Positions 10,117 to 19,107 of a DNA stretch of 64,000 nt are shown one piece after another. The stretch is from assembly GCA_963934255.1 (NCBI GenBank), contig CAWVXU010000002.1:1-64000 (forward strand), read 5' to 3'. A model generated the notes under the pieces. It was not told the DNA's origin and ran no database searches. It saw nothing but the letters and a program-made list of their open reading frames with translations. A program made the translations under genes and the position numbers. Positions within the stretch are counted from its first letter, which is position 1, and each line of letters starts with the position of its first letter. The DNA comes from an uncultured Fibrobacterales bacterium. Lineage in GTDB: Bacteria > Fibrobacterota > Fibrobacteria > Fibrobacterales > CAWVXU01.

Positions 10117-11214
10117 TTACTTTGTGGTAAATGGGTTAGCGATATAGAGATGGGTAGAAAGTTTTAGATTAAAATGATTGATGTCCTTGAGGTGCATTTC
10201 GAATTCTAGCGGCACCCACTCAATAGTTACAGGACTTGAGATAAAGGGGACACTTGTGTTGACTGGGTGTATCTGACTACTGACCCCACCATAGAAGGAT
10301 GTACCACTCCATAATCCGCCGAAGCCCCAACTACCATAGGTCATAGGTAATTCAGACAAAAAGACTTGGTGTATGGGTAACTGATAAAGGTCTGAGTTGG
10401 AAGTGATTTTATAATGATAGTAGCTGTACTTGAGCTCGAATGTTTTGGTGATGGAAGATTGTGGCTCATCAAATCTCTCATTGTAATATTGTGAATTGAG
10501 CAATTTTGACCTGCCGGGTTCTTTGATTGCTGCAAATCTGTTTTCAATAAATCCGTACTCGGGGAAGTGGTGGACTTGGCTAACTAGACCGAGTCTTATC
10601 CCAGGTAGACCAAAAACCATATCCCAGTATAAATGTTTGGCATCAGGCCCAGTATAATCATCGCTCACCTTCATGCGGTTAAAGCCTGTGGAAACTGTTT
10701 GACCAAAACTTGCACCTAAGTGTAAATGCAAGATATTTTGAGTCCAACCTACTTTGTATAAACTGACCTTGTGCGATTTTTGGAAAAAGCTGCTACTATT
10801 TTGCCTTAACTCGACGTGCAGGCCATCTATCCACTTTGAGTTTTCCACCCAATTTTCTAGAAAAGTTTGATCTAAAGGTTTGGCGGAGACTGGTGATCCT
10901 AATCTAACCTGCTTGACTGGCTTGTTTATTTGGACTTGTTGGCTTTGTATTTTTAACTCATTATATTCTTTTGAATAGGGAGTGCGGCCCACTTCAGTTC
11001 CATTGCCTAATACGATAATATTTTCAACTTGATCTGAGTCTCTTCGAATCACAAAGTATAAGCTATCAGGAACATAAGAGATCGTCTCAAAGCTATCTGC
11101 TTGGATCTGACTCCATAACTTTACACTGAAGGGTTCGCTTAAAAGCAAAGGCTTCTCTTGGGCGGGAAGATTCAAGATAAAGCATAGAACGAATATTTGA
11201 CATAATGATTTCAT
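10117..11214 (-). CDS. Exported, probably outer-membrane beta-strand-rich hypothetical protein
   Basis: GAGG RBS before ATG at 11214; signal peptide MKSLCQIFVLCFILNLPA; alternating strands such as HLHLGASFG, SWGFGGLW, FNLKLSTHLY. Confidence 0.55.
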   Translation of the reverse strand: MKSLCQIFVLCFILNLPAQEKPLLLSEPFSVKLWSQIQADSFETISYVPDSLYFVIRRDSDQVENIIVLGNGTEVGRTPYSKEYNELKIQSQQVQINKPVKQVRLGSPVSAKPLDQTFLENWVENSKWIDGLHVELRQNSSSFFQKSHKVSLYKVGWTQNILHLHLGASFGQTVSTGFNRMKVSDDYTGPDAKHLYWDMVFGLPGIRLGLVSQVHHFPEYGFIENRFAAIKEPGRSKLLNSQYYNERFDEPQSSITKTFELKYSYYHYKITSNSDLYQLPIHQVFLSELPMTYGSWGFGGLWSGTSFYGGVSSQIHPVNTSVPFISSPVTIEWVPLEFEMHLKDINHFNLKLSTHLYIANPFTTK

Positions 11215-11468
11215 GAGTGCCTCTTTATACAATATAGATATAATGAAAGTTATTTCTATGAGTTGTATCACACTGTTGGGTTGAGGGCATTTAATTCATA
11301 GCCAATGCCTGCAACAAATAATTCACCAAAGTAATAGTGTCCTTCTATACCTCAAGAGATTGATGTTATGCCATCAGACGAAAAAAATTTGCTTGTATTA
11401 AAAGCTCAACTTTGTCTAATAGAGTATCATTACGTCGACCAATAATCTTTTTTCTTGGTCCATATTTT

Positions 11469-11501
11469 AAAAAAGCTTCCAAGTATTAAGGAAGCTTTTT
11501 T
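11469..11501. terminator. Intrinsic terminator downstream of the 11542-12114 gene
   Basis: AAAAAAGCTTCC-loop-GGAAGCTTTTTT. Confidence 0.7.
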
Positions 11502-11541
11502 GATTTTTAAATTTTTGTCAAAATAAAATGTCATTAAAAAT

Positions 11542-12114
11542 TTATTTGGCTTGAGTCGAATCTTCCTTCGTTGGTAGGCTATCTCTTACCACTTTGCTTA
11601 AATCTGAACCAATTTTAGCCATGGCCAACGTAGTATCAATTGGTGGAGTTAAACTATCAGCGACTAGGCCTCTATATTTACCAAACTTTAAGCGCCAAGC
11701 TTTAATGTTTTTGACTTGATTTGGTTTGAGAAAATGAGGTTCTTGGATCGTGTGAAGCTTTTTTTGAATCTTAACTTGATGGATTTTACCATCTCGAATC
11801 CAATCGCGAATCGTACGATAACCTTCTTGGTTATTCATTTTCATCTCTTCAAGTTCGCTCAAGTTTGTGTACAAAATTTCGTCAAGTGAATCATTTTTAA
11901 ATTCAACTGTTTGTAGTTCAGTCCAAACAGCATAGGCTTCTTCTGGAGTGCCTTTTTCGCTGACTCTTTTAGCTAAATCAAACTTATCGAATGATTGTTG
12001 TTTGGTGTAGTTTGTGTAAAACCAAAGACTGCTCCCTATAAAAGCAATCGCAATAATGGTCATTAAGTCACTTTTTGCTAGGCCATCGCCTGCTTCTTTT
12101 TTGATAAAGCTCAT
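11542..12114 (-). CDS. Hypothetical single-TM membrane protein
   Basis: GAGG RBS; one hydrophobic helix near N-terminus; no recognised motif. Confidence 0.7.
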   Translation of the reverse strand: MSFIKKEAGDGLAKSDLMTIIAIAFIGSSLWFYTNYTKQQSFDKFDLAKRVSEKGTPEEAYAVWTELQTVEFKNDSLDEILYTNLSELEEMKMNNQEGYRTIRDWIRDGKIHQVKIQKKLHTIQEPHFLKPNQVKNIKAWRLKFGKYRGLVADSLTPPIDTTLAMAKIGSDLSKVVRDSLPTKEDSTQAK

Positions 12115-12162
12115 AATATCCTCATTTCAATGGTGCAAAGATAGAAAATTCATCGCTAAACA

Positions 12163-12942
12163 CTAGACTTTGGGATATGCAGTCCATTTGACACAAGGAC
12201 TTAACTCATCCATGAATTGAAAAAGGTATTCGACTCGATCGTCTTGGAAATCCGCAGGATGTAAAGCGAGTCTTAAAGGTATCCTTAATAATCGACAAAA
12301 GTGAAAAAGACGCTTGTTCCATTTCAGGCTCGATTGAAAACTCTGAAGGTCTTTACCCCAGAAGCTCATAGGATAGCACCTCTGTCTACCAGCTTGAGTA
12401 GACCAGTATTTGCGCCCTTCGTAGAAGTGAAAACCTTTTTGAAGAGTTAGCTTGTCCAAGCCTTTACACTCGTGCCATGTGGGTGGGACAAAACCGAAGG
12501 GCTTGGGTAAATCTAATATTGTCCATCGTTCAATTATACTGTCTAATATCAGGCTAGCTTGGGTCAATCCAAGGCCCACAAACTCTGCTTCGTTGTCTGT
12601 GATTTGCAGAGCCTTTTTACCTAAGATACTGCGATCTAATTGGCTATCAGCGATATGATGTAAGCCATGTACAAGAATGGGTGAACCTTCATTTGACTTA
12701 TTTTTAATGAAGGCTTTGAATAATTGAAAGTTAGATTCTCGTGATAATGGTTTTTTAAGATCACTCGTAATATTTTTGAAATTTGGTCTATTCAGAATTT
12801 CTTCAGCTGGATCAATTACGACCATGAGGGCGGGATGGGCTCCTCTAAAATACTGCTTTTGCAAAAGATCTAAATGCTTTTGAGAACTCAAAAAATTATT
12901 GGGACAGATGTCGTGATATGAAATAAAAATAGGGTGTATCAT
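12163..12942 (-). CDS. DUF2334-like polysaccharide deacetylase family protein
   Basis: ISYHDICP, VHGLHH, AEF, GFVPPTW, RLALHPAD. Confidence 0.75.
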   Translation of the reverse strand: MIHPIFISYHDICPNNFLSSQKHLDLLQKQYFRGAHPALMVVIDPAEEILNRPNFKNITSDLKKPLSRESNFQLFKAFIKNKSNEGSPILVHGLHHIADSQLDRSILGKKALQITDNEAEFVGLGLTQASLILDSIIERWTILDLPKPFGFVPPTWHECKGLDKLTLQKGFHFYEGRKYWSTQAGRQRCYPMSFWGKDLQSFQSSLKWNKRLFHFCRLLRIPLRLALHPADFQDDRVEYLFQFMDELSPCVKWTAYPKV

Positions 12943-12996
12943 ATTTGAAATCTACAAATATGACACCCCCTTTGTCAGTTTGTTTTCATTCTCGAA

Positions 12997-13260
12997 TTAA
13001 TGAGAAATAGACCTCGCAGGTAGTTGTTCTAAGGTGGTCTCACCTTCTAAGACCTTTTCAATACCAAGTTCTCGTAAAGTAAACATACCTTGGCTTTTGG
13101 CAACTACTTCAATATCTTGAGTGGAAGATCTTTTGTTTATTAAAGACTTAATCGCAGGCGTGACGTCTAACATTTCGTAAAGACCCATAGGTCCTTTATG
13201 ACCAGACCCATTGCATTCTGCGCAACCTTCGCCATGATAGAAGGCCAGGTCTGCATTCAT
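12997..13260 (-). pseudogene. C-terminal remnant of PilB/GspE ATPase
   Basis: GEGCAECNGSGHKG..LYEML...QGMFTLRELGIEKVLEGETTLE is the PilB/GspE C-terminus; Walker motifs absent. Confidence 0.8.
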
Positions 13261-13510
13261 TTCAATACTAAAATGTGATAAAAGGGTTCTTCTTCAGAAA
13301 GTAGTCCGGCGATAGAGATTGCTTCGCCATCGTTGACACGTACATTTGTCTGTGTTTTTCTGATTCTTGTCTGTGGAAAATCAAGATTTTTACTCACAAA
13401 TGCAACTATCGTATTAACTTCTGGTTCTAACACTAGCATGATTTTATCTTCCTTAAAACCAACTTATGTTGACCCAATTATCTAATTTCTTTAGTAAGAA
13501 ATTCCACATT
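13257..13510 (-). pseudogene. Internal remnant of a secretin (PilQ/GspD)
   Basis: EDKIMLVLEPEVNTI...PQTRIRKTQTNVRVNDGEAISIAGLL matches the secretin core; only about 60 codons remain. Confidence 0.7.
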
Positions 13511-13524
13511 GAAAGGCTTATACC

Positions 13525-14196
13525 ATGATTAAAGCATTTATTTTTGATTTAGACGGCACTCTAATTGACTCGGAAAAGGATCTGATGTTAAGTGCAAATG
13601 TGTGTATGTTCCAATTTGGCTTCCCAAGTCACACCGAAGAAAAAATCAAATCTTTCATTGGAAACGGCGCAATGAAGCTTCTTGAGCGATGCCTGCCTGA
13701 AGAAGTCAAGAACTCTCTCAACTCGGATGAGCCTCTTGTAGATATGAAGGAAGTTTATGATGTGTTTTTGAGGCACTACAATGCCAATTGTTATGCCCAC
13801 ACCTTCACTCACTCTGGAGTTTTGGACTTTTTGCAGAAAAATAAAAATAGACCTATGGCGGTATTGACCAATAAACCTCTCGCCCCAACTATGACCATCC
13901 TTCGCCATCTCGCGATGGATCATTATTTTCAAATTGTCGTTGGTGGAGATTCCTTTGCCACCCGCAAGCCTGATCCAGAAGGACTCAATCACATTTTAAG
14001 AGAACTCGGAGTGTCTGCTGATGAGGCTTTGATGATTGGGGATGGGGTTCCAGATATTCAAGCCGCCCAAGCAGCGGGGGTCCCTGTGGTAGCAATGCTC
14101 GATGGGATTGGTGATACTGAGACTCTTAAAGCATTAAAGGCTGATTATGAGTGCCTGGATTTTACTGAAATTGAAGCTTTAAATCTAGTTGATTGA
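13525..14196 (+). CDS. HAD-family phosphatase (phosphoglycolate phosphatase-like)
   Basis: FDLDGTLIDS, LTNKP, RKPDP, MIGDG. Confidence 0.85.
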   Translation: MIKAFIFDLDGTLIDSEKDLMLSANVCMFQFGFPSHTEEKIKSFIGNGAMKLLERCLPEEVKNSLNSDEPLVDMKEVYDVFLRHYNANCYAHTFTHSGVLDFLQKNKNRPMAVLTNKPLAPTMTILRHLAMDHYFQIVVGGDSFATRKPDPEGLNHILRELGVSADEALMIGDGVPDIQAAQAAGVPVVAMLDGIGDTETLKALKADYECLDFTEIEALNLVD

Positions 14197-14324
14197 AATA
14201 AGCAAGATGGCGTGTCGCAAAATCTTGCCTTACAGATGGCTTCATGGGCTTGCGCTTGAGTTACAAACCAGGTAACTATTGTTGGGTCAGGTGGAGCTGT
14301 AATGTCTTTTACTGCAACTGGAGG

Positions 14325-14445
14325 AGCAGAAGTCACAGCTAAATACTCATCATTTTTATTAAAAAGTAAGACGCTTATACCCTGGTAGAAGTTGCAGTAT
14401 TTCCGTTTCAGAAGACCAAAGCTTTAGACTTTGGTCTTTTTTGTG
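14325..14445 (-). pseudogene. Frameshifted WD40-repeat remnant
   Basis: DQSLKLWSSETEILQLLPGYKRLTF, then after a 1-nt shift near 14361 NKNDEYLAVTS, forming one WD40-like repeat. Confidence 0.4.
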
Positions 14446-14569
14446 AAATTTTCGCCCGATATTGACTTTCGACTCAACGAAATAGCCTCTATTAGTTAAT
14501 GAGCACCTCAAATCCCTTTCCTTTGCCCTCAATATTGCTAAATTGTCCTCTATCATAGGAAAAACGAAT

Positions 14570-15892
14570 ATGTCTAAAAAATACCACCTCCAAACCTACG
14601 GGTGCCAAATGAATGAGTATGACTCCAATTTGATTGGTCAAATGCTCGAAGATCGCGGCGCCGACCACACAGATAGTGTGGAAAATGCCGATATGGTCGT
14701 GGTAAATACATGCTCTATCCGAGGCAAGGCCGAGGATACTGCCTATGCTCGTATTACTCAACTTAAAGCTCTCAAAAAAAAGAAACCTCACATGAAGATT
14801 GCCGTCATCGGTTGCATGGCTCAAAATCACGGTGAGAAGATCCCTGCTGAGCTAGATCATGTTGATTTTGTTTTGGGACCTGATAATTACGCTGGTGTTG
14901 AGAAGCTTCTCATGCCCGATACTTCGCCTATTATTATGCCTAAAGAAGTGAAGATCATCACCGAGTTTGATGAGCTTGAAAACTACGAAGGCAAAAAGGC
15001 CAAATTAAGCTCTCCTTATAGCACTTTTATCACCATCCAACGTGGTTGCAATAAAAGATGCTCTTATTGTATCGTTCCCTTTGTTCGTGGTAACGAGAAA
15101 TATCGCCCAATTGGTGAAGTTTTAGATGAAGCAAAATTCGCAATTGACCAAGGTGTCAAAGAGATTACGCTTTTGGGTCAAACTGTGAATTCGTATAATT
15201 TTGAAGGTGATACTTTTGCCTCATTACTCCATAAAGTCTCGGAACTCAATGGTCTTGAGCGCATTCGGTTCACTTCACCTCATCCTAAGCATTTTACCGA
15301 CGACGTTATTGCAATCATGAAGTCACAAAAAAACATTTGTAGACACACGCATTTCCCTCTTCAGTCCGGTTCGACTGAGATTTTGAAGAAAATGCGTCGA
15401 CAGTATGACCGTGAGAAATACATTGAAATCTCTGAAAAACTTCGAGGGATTGATCCGGACTTTGCCATCTCCACTGATGTTATCGTTGGTTTTGTGGGTG
15501 AAGAACGCCATCACTTTGAGGAAACCCTCAGTATGATGAAACAAATCAAGTTTGACTCGGCCTTTATGTTTGCTTATAGCCCTCGCGAAGGCACCAAAGC
15601 CTTTGGTGAAAAAGAAACAATGACTCATGAGACCAAAATTGCCTGGCTACAAGAATTAATCGAAGTTCAAAATGGTATTACTTTTGATCAAACCAAGAAA
15701 ATGATCGGCCGTGAAGAAATTCTTCTGATTGAAGGTCCGTCTCATCGCAATAAAGATGAGTTCGTTGGCAAAACTGATTGTTTCAAAAAAGTTATATTAG
15801 ATGCAGGTGCTAATGTTCAAGCTGGTGATATGGTAAAAGTCCGCATTAATGATATTAGTGGTTGGACTTTGCGCGGCACAAAAATTAACTAA
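14570..15892 (+). CDS. miaB: tRNA-2-methylthio-N6-dimethylallyladenosine synthase
   Basis: TYGCQMNEYDS, NTCSIR, GCMAQ, CNKRCSYC radical SAM motif, RIRFTSPHP, C-terminal TRAM. Confidence 0.95.
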   Translation: MSKKYHLQTYGCQMNEYDSNLIGQMLEDRGADHTDSVENADMVVVNTCSIRGKAEDTAYARITQLKALKKKKPHMKIAVIGCMAQNHGEKIPAELDHVDFVLGPDNYAGVEKLLMPDTSPIIMPKEVKIITEFDELENYEGKKAKLSSPYSTFITIQRGCNKRCSYCIVPFVRGNEKYRPIGEVLDEAKFAIDQGVKEITLLGQTVNSYNFEGDTFASLLHKVSELNGLERIRFTSPHPKHFTDDVIAIMKSQKNICRHTHFPLQSGSTEILKKMRRQYDREKYIEISEKLRGIDPDFAISTDVIVGFVGEERHHFEETLSMMKQIKFDSAFMFAYSPREGTKAFGEKETMTHETKIAWLQELIEVQNGITFDQTKKMIGREEILLIEGPSHRNKDEFVGKTDCFKKVILDAGANVQAGDMVKVRINDISGWTLRGTKIN

Positions 15893-15960
15893 CTGAAATG
15901 GTGAATTCATCGGCGAATTCAATGGAACAAATATAAAGCAGATTTAAATAAGGATATGTC

Positions 15961-16341
15961 ATGGCTAATTTCCGTAAACTCATCACGATTTTTTTGACTG
16001 CTTTTTTTGTCATTATGCTCTTTCAAAATATTGGAATGCTTGGGGCTAGACTTCCCTTTAATTTCTTTAATTTCCCACCATTAAATCTTATTGCAGGATA
16101 CTGGTTTTTAATGTTTGCTGGATTTGGATTCTTTATCGGTATGCTGTTTAGTATGCGCTTTTACTTTACTCACACCAAAGAAGTTAAAGTGCTTCGCGCA
16201 GAAATCAAGCACCTCACCCAAGAGCTTAGCCGGCATCGTACTTTGAGCCTTGACATAGACGAATCTGATGCCACCCAACCTCAGACACAAATTAATTCTG
16301 AAGTAGAGCAAGGTGTTGACTCTAAAACTTTGGAGCCATAA
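15961..16341 (+). CDS. LapA (DUF1049)-like two-TM protein
   Basis: Two TMs with FQN motif, followed by a coiled coil; directly upstream of a LapB-like TPR gene. Confidence 0.55.
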   Translation: MANFRKLITIFLTAFFVIMLFQNIGMLGARLPFNFFNFPPLNLIAGYWFLMFAGFGFFIGMLFSMRFYFTHTKEVKVLRAEIKHLTQELSRHRTLSLDIDESDATQPQTQINSEVEQGVDSKTLEP

Positions 16342-17358
16342 ATGAAGCTGACACAATTACTTTATGGCTCACTCAAAGCCAAAACGGACGAAGAATTTTA
16401 TTTCCTAGGTCTGAATGCTTTTTTGGAAGGCAATTTGACTGAAGCGAAAGATTTCTTTGTCGCTTGTGCCAAAATTAATACTGACCATGCTGAAAGTTAT
16501 TTTCAACTTGCCCGCGTTTTAGAAAAATTGGGCCAAAAATCTCACGCCATTAAAATCTTACAAGACTTAGGCTTCAGATCAAAGTTAGAGCCAGTATTTA
16601 AAGAACAAATTCTGCAAAAAACGCTTGACCTTTATCTGACTCAGCAGATGGGTGAAGATGCCTTAAAGTTATTTGCATCTCATTGGCCCAAAACCAAAGA
16701 TATGGATCTACTAAAAAAGAAGTTGAGCGCTTTTAAGATGACTCTAAATTGGGATGACGCAGTTGAACTAGGCGTCACACTTTTTAAAGCAAATGAACTC
16801 CAATCTATTGAGCTCGCTTATTTGGAAACTCAGCGCGCTTTAGGTAAAGAGAGCCCCGAGCAAGAGCTTAAGGACTTATATCGCATCCTTCGCACAGAGC
16901 CTAATTGCAGTGTGGCCTGGTTTCGTGCTCTAGAGCTTAATCGCGCTGCCAGTAATCATTCTGCCTTGATTGAAGATTGGAAAAATTGGTTTAGACATTG
17001 TCCCAAGGCTGCACTTCAGCATACGCATCAATTTGAAGATGATCTTTTTGAAGCCAATCAATATCAAGAAGCTTTACATCTTTATCAAGAGACTTTTCAT
17101 AAGTTTTCTACACCGCCGGCTAGCTTGATTCACGCGTTGGTTCGTAGCTATGCTAAGATTGGCGCACACGATGCAATCCATGAAATCTTTGAGAAGTTAA
17201 TTCCCATGGCTGAAGCGGACCCCAAACATCTCCTCCAAACTTTACTGCAAGTTTATGTCGAGTATGAAAAAGAGAGTTCTAGCTCAGCTGCAATTCGTCA
17301 AGCGCTTCTCAATCTATTTAAAGAGAATATTCAAATCAATGTTGAGAGTCGTGAGTGA
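16342..17358 (+). CDS. TPR protein, LapB-like N-terminal region
   Basis: YFLGLNAFL...AESYFQLARVL..GQ..AIKILQ; abuts the LapA-like gene; no C-terminal CxxC pairs. Confidence 0.55.
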   Translation: MKLTQLLYGSLKAKTDEEFYFLGLNAFLEGNLTEAKDFFVACAKINTDHAESYFQLARVLEKLGQKSHAIKILQDLGFRSKLEPVFKEQILQKTLDLYLTQQMGEDALKLFASHWPKTKDMDLLKKKLSAFKMTLNWDDAVELGVTLFKANELQSIELAYLETQRALGKESPEQELKDLYRILRTEPNCSVAWFRALELNRAASNHSALIEDWKNWFRHCPKAALQHTHQFEDDLFEANQYQEALHLYQETFHKFSTPPASLIHALVRSYAKIGAHDAIHEIFEKLIPMAEADPKHLLQTLLQVYVEYEKESSSSAAIRQALLNLFKENIQINVESRE

Positions 17359-18281
17359 ACCTCCTTTTTTCAATAGTTTTGCTTAGCTCACTTATTGTCT
17401 GTCCAAATTTAATATGGTCACAAAATCCTCAGGCTGATCTTCTTTATCTAAAAGGATCATACCCAGAGGCTGCTCTCGAATATCTCAACTCTCCTAAACT
17501 GCAAAATCAAGAGAAATACCTTGCGCACTTTAAAGCCGCTAGGTCCTTCCTTCAATCACACAAAGAATCTGACATCCAAAAAGCTCTGAAAGAAATTGAA
17601 TATCTTTTGGCTGAGCTTGAGGCTGATACTGAGCTCTTTGCCCGAGTCCTTCATCTCAGAATTCAAGCCAATTTCAAACTCGGTCATTTACAAAAAGCGC
17701 TACGCCAGCTAGAAGCGGGTAAGGGTCGTCTTTTTAAATATGCTAACGCTGAATCCCGAGGGATTTGTGAATTTCTTTATCGTATTGATCAAAATCCCAA
17801 TATTGCTAAAAAGTGTAAAGATGAGCTCTCTAAAATTTATCCCCAAGCACTTATCCTCAACGAGGTTCTCAATCTCAGCATCGCCATGAAAGATGCTCCT
17901 GTGATCAAACCCATTGCACTCACCACTGCGAAGTTAGCTTCAAATATTGGCTCTGCGATCAGTGCTACTAGCTTGGGTGACTCAACTCCCTTTAACCCTC
18001 AGGAAAAGACCAAGACTCTGCCTGTCTCTTCGGCAGTAGTATCTGAAAGTTCTGCTTTTCGTGTACAAGTTGGAGCATTTGGTAAAGAATCAAATGCGCA
18101 AACTCTTAAGACAAATCTTGATTTCCTCGGCCGTAACATCACAATACAACAGAGTGCCGTCGGAGGCTCTAAACTTTATTTAGTTCAAATCACAGGATTT
18201 GAGACAAGCCAAGAAGCCGAGGCCTTTGCGCGATCTGAGGTCACACCTGAAGGCCTTACCTATCGGGTAGTGAGTAAGTAA
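17355..18281 (+). CDS. Exported TPR + SPOR domain protein
   Basis: Signal peptide; C-terminal FRVQVGAFG..NA...LYLVQITGF..QEA. Confidence 0.8.
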   Translation: MNLLFSIVLLSSLIVCPNLIWSQNPQADLLYLKGSYPEAALEYLNSPKLQNQEKYLAHFKAARSFLQSHKESDIQKALKEIEYLLAELEADTELFARVLHLRIQANFKLGHLQKALRQLEAGKGRLFKYANAESRGICEFLYRIDQNPNIAKKCKDELSKIYPQALILNEVLNLSIAMKDAPVIKPIALTTAKLASNIGSAISATSLGDSTPFNPQEKTKTLPVSSAVVSESSAFRVQVGAFGKESNAQTLKTNLDFLGRNITIQQSAVGGSKLYLVQITGFETSQEAEAFARSEVTPEGLTYRVVSK

Positions 18282-18391
18282 ATTCAATTCTTTGTTGAAT
18301 CTTCATAGTTTTCAGTGATTTGATATTTGCGATAGACTCATTTGTTCACTTTACAGTTGCACCCAAAATTTCTAAATATCCAACACCCTTA

Positions 18392-18475
18392 GCCGAGGTG
18401 GTGAAATCGGTAGACACGAAGGATTCAAAATCCTTTTCTGGTAACAGAGTGGGGGTTCGATTCCCCCCCTCGGTA
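18392..18475 (+). tRNA. tRNA-Leu (CAA)
   Basis: GCCGAGG/CCTCGGT acceptor stem, GGTAGACAC D-arm, AAGGA-TTCAAAA-TCCTT anticodon arm, long variable arm, GGTTCGATTCC T-arm, discriminator A; CCA not encoded. Confidence 0.95.
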
Positions 18476-18481
18476 TATATT

Positions 18482-18515
18482 AAAAGCTCTGTTCTTCGCG
18501 AACAGAGCTTTTTTT
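18482..18515. terminator. Intrinsic terminator after tRNA-Leu (bidirectional form)
   Basis: AAAAGCTCTGTTC-TTCGC-GAACAGAGCTTTTTTT. Confidence 0.85.
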
Positions 18516-18519
18516 ATGT

Positions 18520-19059
18520 CTAGATATCGAGTAATCTTACAATATCTTCTTCGGTATGATTGAAGTATTTCAAACAACTTTCTTCAAGCTCAAACGGATT
18601 AATACCTTCTTGCTTGTTAGCAAAATAAAGTGCAAGATGGCAAGCTGATACCATTTTGATATTCAAGAATTCTTTGCCAATCGGCTTAGAAGCGTAAAAT
18701 ACTGCTTCGACAAATTCACTCGGCAAGCTCCACCATTTGATGGAGTTTCCAGAAATTAGCCCTATATCAAGCTCAAAAAGTTGACTCATTGCCTGGGGAT
18801 TAACTAATACAGAAACATCACCGCCTGAGAGATGGGTGCACGAATATCAGTATCCGGGAGTAATTCAGAAGAAAGAACTATGTTTTTAATTGCATTAAGA
18901 CCAAGGAGTAAAATAGCATGTTTAACCGAGCCAATAGGTTCACCATGAATAGCAGCGTTAACCATGTGGATTAGTTTAATTGTAACCCCCGAGTCGCTCA
19001 TTATCAAATCATTCACTTGACAAATTGAGGGTGATGTTGTTGTCCTTCTTGAGAGACAT
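18520..19059 (-). pseudogene. Fragmented HDOD-domain gene
   Basis: LIMSDSGVTIKLIHMVNAA..IGSVKHAILLLG (HDOD N-part) and KWWSLPSEFVEAVFY (C-part) in separate short ORFs; centre missing; further frameshift near 19018. Confidence 0.7.
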
Positions 19060-19107
19060 AATTTACCTTAGAACCTAAGTTCAATAAAAAATTTGTATTT
19101 TATTATC

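Noticed and set aside
15902..15921. TGAATTC...GAATTCA short inverted repeat after miaB
   Set aside because: Short AT-rich stem with no U-tract; cannot support a terminator or operator call.
18320..18523. 67-aa ORF
   Set aside because: Overlaps tRNA-Leu and its terminator; spurious.
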